Assembly (NCBI GenBank): GCA_032161105.1
Contig: JAVHTD010000004.1
Source: Candidatus Thermosaccharophagus tengchongensis
GTDB taxonomy: Bacteria; Armatimonadota; Fervidibacteria; Fervidibacterales; Thermosaccharophagaceae
DNA length: 64,000 bases
Strand: one strand, 5' to 3'
The notes beneath the pieces were generated by a model. The model saw only the letters and a program-made list of their open reading frames with translations, did no database searches and was not told the origin of the DNA. Below are positions 19,651-28,350 of this stretch, one piece after another. A program made the position numbers and the translations under genes. Position 1 is the first letter of the stretch, and each line of letters starts with the position of its first letter.

Positions 19651-22532
19651 CTATTGTGGCTTTGACATTGAGACTCCCAAACTGATGACCCGTTGAATTA
19701 TGCGAACGCGCTCCGTCCCAGCACCATCGGAGACATAAAGGTTTCCGGCAGCGTCTACCGCAATAGCGGTGGGGCTGGTAAAAGTCGCCACATTCCCCGG
19801 ACCGTCAGTGCAGCCCATAGTGCCTGTCCCTGCTATCGTCGTCACCACTCCGCTGGGGCTAACCCTTCGGATGCGATCGTTGCCTCTATCCGCAACGTAA
19901 AGGTAGCCAGCAGTGTCAACTGAGATGCCACATGGGCCATGGAATTTAGCCGATGTGCCTATTCCATCAGCATAGCCAGAAGTTGAACCTGCCAGGGTGG
20001 AAACCGTCACACCATCATATGCCAAAGCGTTGACGATTTTTCGGATGCGATCGTTGTCATTGTCGGCAACATACAAGTTGCCCGCACGGTCAACGGTGAT
20101 GCCATGAGGGTGATTAAACCTTGCCGATGAGCCTGTCCCATTGGTATCGCCACTGGCGCCAGCCGTTGCGCTGTTGTCCCCAGCAACCAGACTGACCTGC
20201 CAGTTGCTTGCAATTCTTGGATCGCCGCCTTTGAATTGCAGCCTCCTGACACGGTTGCCTTCACACTCCGTCACATAAACATTGCCCCACTGGTCTATCG
20301 CCACACCCCAAGGGTAACAGAAAGTAGCGAGGTTGCCAGGTCCATCGTCTTTCCCAGCCGTTCCTGTCCCTGCTATTGTGCTCACCGTCCAGTTGGCAGG
20401 GTTCGTAGGGTCTGCCCCTGGGGATAATTCAATGCGTCTAATTTTGTGGTTGCTCGTGTCAGCGACGAACAGCACTCTCCCATCCGAAGTGACAGCAATC
20501 CCTGCTGGGTTTCTAAACCGAGCTACCGTCCCACTTCCGTCCACATTGCCAGAAGCCGGAGACCCAACATTCCCAGCCACCGTGCTTACAATCCCGGAAG
20601 CGCTGATGCGCCGGATAGCGTGGTTGTAAGTGTCAGCGACATAGACATTCCCAAAAGCATCCACAGCAATCCCAATGATGCCATTAAACCTCGCTTGTGT
20701 TGCGACGCCATCGGCAAAGCCTGTTGAGCCACTTTGACCTGCAAAAGTTCTCACCAGAACATTGGCAGAACCTTGCCCACTCGCCGCCTCCGGCGCTGCC
20801 AATCCTGTCGTGTTCGCCTCTACACGAACGGTGAACTCAAAAGCCGTCACACCCTCTGGAACTGAAAAACACCATTCTTTCACTGGACTCGTATCCCCAG
20901 GACCCAACACTACCTCATACACAACATACGGCAAGTTCTCACCAAAGTCCGAGTTCGGTATCACCCCATCGGCATTGCTCAATTGAACCTTCTCCGTTGG
21001 GGCACTCCCAGTAGCTATCCCTATCGGGAAGAAACCACTCGTAGGCGTTACCCGCCTAACCTTGTGGTTGTAAGCATCTGCCACATATACATTCCCACTT
21101 GCATCCGCTGCCAAAAGCCTTGGAACATTGAAACGAGCGTCAACCCCTGAGCCATCTGCGCTACCACTTGTCCCTGAAGAGCCTGCCAAAGTCTGAACTA
21201 ACCAACTCGTTGCTCTCACTTCACTAACATTTGGCTCCTTTAGCCGAACCTGCCTAAGCACACATGCCGATGACTCACTCACAATCAATGCCCCATTCAC
21301 CCAAACTATCCCGTAGGGACTGCTAAAGCGGGCTACATCCCCTGAACCGTCCACAACACCTGATGTCCCATCGCCTGCTATTGTTACAACCTCCCCAGTC
21401 GGACTGACCCGGCGAATACGACGGTTCCCATTATCAGCGACATAAATTGCCCCATCTGGCGAAATGGCTAAGCCAAAAGGTCCATTAAACCTTGCCCCTG
21501 TCCCAATCCCATCGGCAAAGCCTGGAGCGGCTGAAGTTGAACCAGCTAAAGTGCTAACCGTGTAACTTTGTGGCAAGGAAGGATTTGCCCCTGTCAGCTT
21601 AATCTTTCGGATACGATGACCACTTGCCTCAGCGACATAGATACCGCCGCTTCTGTCTACAACGACACCAGCTGGATTGCGAAATTGAGCGACATTTCCT
21701 GCCCCTTCAGCATCACCTGCTACACCTGTCCCTGCCACCGTTGTCACCCTACCATCAGGGGTAATCCGACGAACCCTATGCCCCCAATATTCTGTGACGA
21801 TTATAGAGCCATCAACTGGGTTAACGGCAATGCCAAAGGGTCCATTAAAAGAGGCAGCAACTCCAACACCATTAGCTGACCCTGCTGCCCCGCTTCCCGC
21901 CAAGGTGCTGACGAAATTCCCCCTGACTTTCCTAATGCGATGACCCGTGTAATCGGCAACATAAAGATTGCCTTCATTGTCAACGGCGACACCGCTTGGA
22001 TGAGAAAAGGTGGCACTTCCAACATGACCATCGCTTCCACCTTGCACTCCTGTCCCAGCAAATGTGCTGACATTTACTTTGGAGCGCAAATCAGAGAAGG
22101 CACTGACATTCACGAAATCGCTAAACAAAACCCTAATCCCTGTTACTTGCCCATTTGGAAGTTCTCCAATCGGAAGATTCCATCGGTTGACCAAGGAAAC
22201 TTGAAGCACTTTGATGCCAGTGTTTCCTGGTTGGTCTAATAGGGTGCTGCTTTGGAAGCCGACGGCAGTGCCCGTAAAAACTGCCCTCCCTTTCGTCACT
22301 TTTGGCTCCCCCTCCGTCAAGGGGGGTGATGGTGACTTGTCTGGTCTTGACATCAACATGGAAACGAGCAGTGGCGAGCCTCCATTGCGCACTGGGATGA
22401 CTCCCAATTGGAGGGTTTACTGAAAGGTCAGGTAAGGTGGAACTGCTCTTGCTGCCCCCCTCCACAACCGGCTACAACCGTGAGGATGCTAAAGGCACTA
22501 ACCCAAATCAGGCTAACAACCACTCTCTTCAT
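19651..22532 (-). pseudogene. NHL-repeat (double beta-propeller) lipoprotein gene with two apparent frameshifts near its 5' end
   Basis: RBS AGGAGG and ATG 22532 give MKRVVVSLIWVSAFSILTVVAGCGGG (lipobox), then a stop at 22428. A second frame carries SKSSSTLPD..ATARFHVDVKTRQVTITPL. A third frame carries the NHL body (repeats FxxPxGIAVD.GNxYVAD..N.RIR). Could be an assembly artefact. Confidence 0.7.
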
Positions 22533-22533
22533 C

Positions 22534-22656
22534 TCACTTCCCCTCCTTTTCACCCCACCTTGGGGAAATTGGTTTTGGTATCAAATTGATGCTCTGCTCA
22601 ACAGTCAGTGTCAAAAGCAAAGCACCTACAACCGCCATCCATACCAAACAAACCAT
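22534..22656 (-). CDS. Putative 40-aa hydrophobic small ORF
   Basis: GGAGGTGA RBS, then MVCLVWMAVVGALLLTLTVEQSINLIPKPISPRWGEKEGK*. The stop lies 1 nt before the NHL gene start. Confidence 0.35.
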   Translation of the reverse strand: MVCLVWMAVVGALLLTLTVEQSINLIPKPISPRWGEKEGK

Positions 22657-22982
22657 CCATCACCTCCTTCCGTCCTTGCATTACCTTTCGCCTCCCTTTA
22701 GCCCTGCAGGTTCACTTTACCATTTTGTGCCCTCAATTCTATCGCACATTTTCATCGCTTTATCGCACTCACCTCCTCTACCCTGACCGATGAACTGGCT
22801 CATCAATCAAGCTCGCCTTTCTGAGTTTTAATTTTAGCGCGCATTTCTATTTGTCAAGTCCCCTTCAAGAAGCTGAATATGCTCAGGCATGCACCTGTGC
22901 TTTATACAACAACATCAAATTGATGCGTTGTCCGATCGTCATCGTCAGTGTCAAAAGCAAAGCCCCTGTAGCTGCCATCCAT
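22581..22982. repeat. Imperfect direct repeat of about 60-65 bp (copies at about 22581-22642 and 22916-22982)
   Basis: Both copies share TCAAATTGATGC...GTCAGTGTCAAAAGCAAAGC.CCT..A..(C/T)GCCATCCAT. Confidence 0.8.
22831..22857 (-). promoter_or_regulatory. Possible sigma70-type promoter upstream of the small ORF and NHL gene
   Basis: TTGACA-15 nt-TAAAAT on the minus strand; the spacer is shorter than optimal. Confidence 0.3.
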
Positions 22983-23069
22983 CTCAACTATGCAACTATT
23001 AACCCACCCCTCTCATCATGTCAAGGATTTTGGTTTCACCTGTATGCCATGGAAAGATTTTTTGGCAAA

Positions 23070-23840
23070 CTACCCAGATATTCCCGCCTCCTTTATCCAC
23101 CTTAACACCTGCTCATATGCCCTGTCACCTTCCATTTGCAATTTCCCATCCAAACCGTAGATTTTGAAGTGCGGGATGGATTGCAGCCTATATTGCCGAG
23201 CAACAGGCGATTCCCAGTCAATGCCTCTTACTCCCGGACGATTAATGTCAACTTTAATGACCACTATGTCATCCCTCTTTTCCGCCAATTTCTCAAGGAG
23301 TGGTGCTATCCGCCTGCATGGTGGGCAGTATTCGCTGTAGAAATCAAAAATTGTTATCTTCCCTTTGACCACATAGGAAGCAATGTCTACCTCCTCGCCA
23401 TGAGAAATGACTTGAACCCTCTTAACCGCCTCAGCAACGGGTGCTGCTTTCTTCCATATGTTGTCCCTCCACCTTTGGCATATCTCGGCTATTTTCGGCT
23501 CTAATACGCCAGATTTTATCGCCTTGTCAAAAGCATCAGCCATCAGATGCATATGAGCTATCCCTAAGGCGAAATATTCTTGAGCACTTAACTCGTGCTT
23601 CTGCGATGCAAGTTCCAAAATCCTCCTGAAGTGCGGAATGGCTTCCTGATACCTGCCCTCATCCGCCAAAGATTGTGCCTTTTTAAGTTCAGATTCAATG
23701 CTTGCTGCTTCAACCCCCGCCTTTGCCTCCACCCCCTTCCCTTCCTGCGCTGATAGCTGACGGGTCATTGCAAACTGCAAAAATGAAGCCGCCAATGCCA
23801 ATGTGAAAACTAACCCCATTACCTTTCCCATCTCACTCAC
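23070..23840 (-). CDS. Exported thioredoxin-domain protein with TPR-like helical region
   Basis: Signal peptide; GRYQEAIPHFRRILEL TPR-like segment; FDFYSEYCPPCRRIAP (CxxC); YRLQSIPHF cis-Pro loop; GAGGTGA RBS. Confidence 0.85.
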   Translation of the reverse strand: MSEMGKVMGLVFTLALAASFLQFAMTRQLSAQEGKGVEAKAGVEAASIESELKKAQSLADEGRYQEAIPHFRRILELASQKHELSAQEYFALGIAHMHLMADAFDKAIKSGVLEPKIAEICQRWRDNIWKKAAPVAEAVKRVQVISHGEEVDIASYVVKGKITIFDFYSEYCPPCRRIAPLLEKLAEKRDDIVVIKVDINRPGVRGIDWESPVARQYRLQSIPHFKIYGLDGKLQMEGDRAYEQVLRWIKEAGISG

Positions 23841-24304
23841 CTCACTTTTAGTTATTGAAGGCTAAGCCACCAACTTTGCGCCATTCGTTCGGTAAGCAAA
23901 ACATTCACACTGTCTCCCCCACTCACAAGCCACCACGATATTTGCGAATTCCCTCCCTTTCCAGCAGCAATACCATCTTGGAACCCAATAGACCGGAAGC
24001 TGCATCTCCTGCCGCTAACACCTTCCATCTCATCACCATTGCTCTACCTCCACTAATCAATGGCACAACCAACTTTAGCCCTCTTAAACCAACTTGGCAG
24101 GGGCATGGAGTAGAGGGCGAAGAGAAAGCTCAACCAACAACCACTTCGCCCAACTGACTCCGCCATTCCATCATCGCTCTACCTTCCCTCGCTCAATCCA
24201 ACCAACGCAACCAACTTTTGCACCCTCAACCGTTGAAATGGGGTGAAGAGGAGAGAGCAAGCGTTTCTGTCCCGTGCCCTTTCCTTTTCCCCTCACGCTT
24301 TCAC

Positions 24305-24332
24305 ATTTAACTCACTCCGTTCAATTTGTCAA
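24305..24332 (-). promoter_or_regulatory. Possible sigma70-type promoter for the thioredoxin gene region
   Basis: TTGACA-16 nt-TTAAAT on the minus strand. Confidence 0.3.
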
Positions 24333-24526
24333 CCTCGTTGGAGGGTGAGGTTTCCACTGACCTCTGATTTTCATGTTGCATTGAATTTCTGCACTCTCAC
24401 ATTCGCAAACAGGAGTGTAGCACCACTCCATTCATCGTTCCTCGCATCGGTCAAAATGGGCAAATGAAGTGTGTGGAGTGTTTCAACGATCCAGGTAGGA
24501 TTGCCACACGCTTGCTGTTGGTAAAT

Positions 24527-25483
24527 TCAATTACCCAAAAACTTTCTTGCCCCAACGAAGATGAAGTGCAGCAGTGTTCGTCCGACAATCCTCAGGCTCT
24601 CTTGGGAGCACCTATCCGGTGTGTCCTTTGTCGTATGCCAGTATGGGTAGTCAAAATCAATGAGGAGTATGGCGGGCTTGCCCGCTTCAATGAATGGAAC
24701 ATGGTCATCAAGTATGCGCAAAGAGCTGCCTTCAAAGTGCCTCTCGTATCTCAGCGCCCGTGCACTTTCCATCACAGCATCCCAAAGCCGGCGTGAATGC
24801 TCAATTGAGTTAATCTCACGAGTGATGTTTAAATTTGCGTCGCCGATCATGTCAATGATGATAGCGGCATCGGGCATATATGGGATTGGGTTTGAGGCAA
24901 AGTGCCTGCTGCCGTAAATCCAATCACCGAAGTCCTCGCCATCAAACAGCGCTATGATGACGCTGACCGGTGGCGTGTGATTGCTTAACACCCTCGCAAG
25001 CTCAATGAGCACAGCCGTCCCCGAGGCACCGTCATTTGCCCCCGGAACTGGCTCTTTGCGCTTTGATTCATCTTCGTCATTCTCCGCCGTAGGATGACAA
25101 TCCCAATGCGTCCCAATCAGCAATGTTTCCCCTGAAGACCCTGCGAACACACCAATCACATTCGTGAGCTTAAATTTCTCGTTGCGCCAAGTGACTTCAA
25201 AATGTTGCTTATACACTTGCGCTGTGTGCTTGCGCAGCTGTGCTTCAAGCCACTTGGCACACCTCTCGTGCGCGCTCGTATTTGGCACCCTCGGACCCAT
25301 TGCAACTTGTTCCTCAAGCAATTTGAAGGCTCTCGCCTCGTCAAAGGAACGAAGTATAGCCTCAATGCCTGTTGGTTCGCCGAAGCGAATGGCAACGCTG
25401 CTTGAACATCCCTTGAGTGAAGTGAGCAAACCAAAAAGCACAGCAGCACACAATGCTGCAGCAAGGACGATGCGATGCGACAT
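24527..25483 (-). CDS. M28-family Zn metalloenzyme lipoprotein (glutaminyl cyclase-like or aminopeptidase)
   Basis: Likely start ATG 25483, MSHRIVLAAALCAAVLFGLLTSLKGC (lipobox). Motifs GPRVPNT, GTHWD, GANDGASG, FDGEDFG, DMIGD, DDHVPF, YWHTTKDT. Confidence 0.85.
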   Translation of the reverse strand: MSHRIVLAAALCAAVLFGLLTSLKGCSSSVAIRFGEPTGIEAILRSFDEARAFKLLEEQVAMGPRVPNTSAHERCAKWLEAQLRKHTAQVYKQHFEVTWRNEKFKLTNVIGVFAGSSGETLLIGTHWDCHPTAENDEDESKRKEPVPGANDGASGTAVLIELARVLSNHTPPVSVIIALFDGEDFGDWIYGSRHFASNPIPYMPDAAIIIDMIGDANLNITREINSIEHSRRLWDAVMESARALRYERHFEGSSLRILDDHVPFIEAGKPAILLIDFDYPYWHTTKDTPDRCSQESLRIVGRTLLHFIFVGARKFLGN

Positions 25484-25645
25484 TAAACCACCCCCACTAT
25501 GCGGGAGAGCGAACTCTAAAACGGCGACTTGCAAAAGATGTGACGAGTTCGCCGCACCCATGTTGCGAGCCGAACATCGCACACTATAATATTGCGAAGC
25601 GGTTTTGCGCATCGCCAGTCCACATCGCAAGGGGATGGTAACGGC

Positions 25646-26404
25646 ATGGAGGCACTGAGCCTATCGCTTTCGGGCAAGGTGGCATTTGTCACCGGCGGAA
25701 GTAGGGGGATAGGAAGGGCGATAGTGATAAAGCTCGCAGCACACGGCGCTGATGTGGCATTCACATACAGGCAAAATGAAGATGCCGCAAGAAGCGTCGT
25801 TGAGGAAGTGAAGCTGCTTGGCAGACGCTGCATATGTTTCAAGGCGGATGTATCCGACAGGGAACAAGTTGAGGGTGCAATTGAGGAGACAGTTAGGCAA
25901 CTTGGGCGGGTTGACATACTCATCAACAACGCGGGCATAACGAGGGATGCATTGCTCCTGCGCATGAGCGACGAGCATTGGGAAGAGGTGATCCGAGTCA
26001 ACTTGACTGGCGCATTCTATTGCTCTCGCGCTGCCGCAAAGCACATGCTTAAAAACCGTTGGGGGAGAATCATCAACATCACTTCGGTTGTGGCGCTTGC
26101 TGGCAATGTTGGACAGGCAAACTATGCTGCAGCGAAAGCGGGTCTTATAGGATTGACCAAATCGCTCGCAAAGGAACTCGGCTCACGCGGGATAACCGTG
26201 AACGCGATTGCACCCGGCTTCATCAGGACGGAGATGACAGAGCTGCTCCCCGAGGAGATGAAGAGGAAAGTCCTCTCACAGACCATACTCGGCAGGTTTG
26301 GTGAGCCCGATGAGGTGGCAGATGTTGTTGCCTTCCTTGCATCCGATGCTGCATCGTTTATCACGGGGCAAGTCATAGCCGTTGATGGCGGCTTGATGAT
26401 CTGA
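25646..26404 (+). CDS. fabG: 3-oxoacyl-ACP reductase
   Basis: TGGSRGIG, NNAGITRD, GNVGQANYAAAKAG, APGFI; adjacent to acpP and fabF. Confidence 0.95.
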   Translation: MEALSLSLSGKVAFVTGGSRGIGRAIVIKLAAHGADVAFTYRQNEDAARSVVEEVKLLGRRCICFKADVSDREQVEGAIEETVRQLGRVDILINNAGITRDALLLRMSDEHWEEVIRVNLTGAFYCSRAAAKHMLKNRWGRIINITSVVALAGNVGQANYAAAKAGLIGLTKSLAKELGSRGITVNAIAPGFIRTEMTELLPEEMKRKVLSQTILGRFGEPDEVADVVAFLASDAASFITGQVIAVDGGLMI

Positions 26405-26572
26405 TGTGTCCGTGTGAACGCGATGGGGGTATTTTCCCATTTACCGTGAGCCGACATTGTGTCACAATTTTTGCATAGCCATTTGCTGGTGGCAAGGCGC
26501 GGACATTGCGTGGATGCCTTATTGCGGCTTCGGCATCAAGGCAACATCATTGATTTGGGAGGGTGAAGAGGG

Positions 26573-26830
26573 GTGAGCCAAGACCAACTGTTTGAGAAGG
26601 TTCGCGAGATAATCGTCAACCAGCTAAAGGTCTCTCCAGAGGAAGTCACTTGGGATGCAGCATTCGTTGAGGACTTGCATGCCGACTCACTTGATGTCGT
26701 TGAACTCATCATGCAGTTTGAGGAGAACTTCGGAATTGAGATACCCGAATCCGATGCTGAGAACATTCGCACGGTTGGCGATGCGGTTGAATATTTGCAC
26801 TCAAGGGGTGTCTTAGCCAATCCGGAATAA
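26573..26830 (+). CDS. acpP: Acyl carrier protein
   Basis: [14 protein letters not shown] (phosphopantetheine Ser), [17 protein letters not shown]. Confidence 0.95.
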   Translation: MSQDQLFEKVREIIVNQLKVSPEEVTWDAAFVEDLHADSLDVVELIMQFEENFGIEIPESDAENIRTVGDAVEYLHSRGVLANPE

Positions 26831-26849
26831 TTCGCCTCTGGGAAACAGT

Positions 26850-26927
26850 CCGAGCATGCAGAAGGAAACGGCAGAGAGAAGGCGGTGATGGGGTTGGCGG
26901 AGTGGACTTCTGCATGCTCGGCTTTTT
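26850..26927 (+). terminator. Long hairpin between acpP and fabF (attenuator, terminator or stabiliser)
   Basis: Perfect 15-bp inverted repeat CCGAGCATGCAGAAG (26850-26864) / CTTCTGCATGCTCGG (26907-26921), followed by CTTTTT. Confidence 0.55.
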
Positions 26928-26960
26928 CGGAATGATTGCTCCTTCGGACACTGCAGCGGG

Positions 26961-28232
26961 GTGATGGAAGAGCATATGAAGAGGCTTTGCGATGACGAGC
27001 GTGTCGTCATAACAGGACTCGGATGCGTGACGCCACTCGGAATAGGAGTTGAGGAGAGCTGGCTCGCCGCAATTAATGGCAAGTCGGGCATAGGTCGGCT
27101 AACGCACTTTGACGCTTCGGAATATACGAGCCAGATAGCCGGCGAGGTGAAAAACTTTGACCCAGAGCAGTTCATGGATCCGAAGGAGGTAAGGAAAGCA
27201 GACAGGTTTGTTCAATTCGCTGTCGCCTCAACGAAGATGGCGCTTGAAGACGCCGGGATAAAAATCAACAGCCACAACGCTGACAGGATTGGAGTATACA
27301 TTGGCTCAGGGATAGGTGGCACTTGGACTTGGGAATACAACCACCGCATGCTGCTTGAGAAAGGACCAAAGGGTGTGAGCCCAAGGTTTGTGCCGATGAT
27401 AATTTGCAACATGGCGGCTGGTCACACAGCCATCATCATTGGCGCACGCGGTCCGAACTTGAGCGCAGTGACTGCATGTGCATCAGCTGGGCATTCAATT
27501 GCGCTTGCTGTGCAAGCAATAAAGAGCGGCATGGCTGATGTGATGATTGCCGGCGGCTCTGAGGCAGCCATATCGCCACTTGCCGTTGCCGGCTTTTGCA
27601 GCATGAAGGCTCTCTCAACGAGAAATGATGAGCCGCAGAAGTCAAGCAGACCATTTGATGCCAAAAGGGATGGCTTCGTCATAGCCGAGGGCGCTGGCGT
27701 GGTTATACTTGAGCGCCTATCGCATGCGATCAAAAGAGGCGCACGCATCTACGCCGAAGTGGTTGGTATAGGCTTTAGCGCCGATGCATATCATGTCACG
27801 GCGATGTCAGAAGACGGCGACGGACCCGCAAGGGCAATGAAGATGGCGCTTGATATAGCCGGTCTATCGCCAACGGAAGTTGATTACATCAATGCGCACG
27901 CTACATCAACTCCGCAGGGAGACAAAGCCGAAGTCAAAGCCATAAAGCGCGTCTTCGGCGAGTATGCATCAAAGGTGGCTGTGAGTTCAACGAAGTCAAT
28001 GACGGGTCACATGCTCGGTGCCGCAGGTGGGGTTGAGCTCATCTTCACCGTGCTCGCAATCAGGGATCAAATAGCCCCACCGACGATCAACTACGAGTAT
28101 CCAGACCCTGAGTGTGACATTGATTGCGTCCCAAACAAAGCACGCCACATGAGGATTGATGTTGCGATGTGCAACTCATTCGGGTTTGGTGGGCAAAACG
28201 CCGTTGTGGTTATCAAACGCTACGAGGGTTAA
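26961..28232 (+). CDS. fabF: Beta-ketoacyl-ACP synthase II
   Basis: RVVITGLG, TACASAG (catalytic Cys), NAHATST, KSMTGHMLGAAG, NSFGFGG. Start may be ATG 26976. Confidence 0.96.
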   Translation: MMEEHMKRLCDDERVVITGLGCVTPLGIGVEESWLAAINGKSGIGRLTHFDASEYTSQIAGEVKNFDPEQFMDPKEVRKADRFVQFAVASTKMALEDAGIKINSHNADRIGVYIGSGIGGTWTWEYNHRMLLEKGPKGVSPRFVPMIICNMAAGHTAIIIGARGPNLSAVTACASAGHSIALAVQAIKSGMADVMIAGGSEAAISPLAVAGFCSMKALSTRNDEPQKSSRPFDAKRDGFVIAEGAGVVILERLSHAIKRGARIYAEVVGIGFSADAYHVTAMSEDGDGPARAMKMALDIAGLSPTEVDYINAHATSTPQGDKAEVKAIKRVFGEYASKVAVSSTKSMTGHMLGAAGGVELIFTVLAIRDQIAPPTINYEYPDPECDIDCVPNKARHMRIDVAMCNSFGFGGQNAVVVIKRYEG

Positions 28233-28350
28233 AAGCAAAGGCAGTGCTTTCGCATCGGCTGCATGCACATTGATCCAGCGCAAGTCAACCACCCCGTGGC
28301 GTGTTCCAATTACAGCCAGATGCATTTCTCATCGGGCAGAGTGAGGTGAA

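Noticed and set aside
22560..24250. CRISPR array or IS ends among the intergenic repeats
   Set aside because: Only 2-3 degenerate copies with irregular spacing; no cas or transposase gene and no terminal inverted repeats seen.
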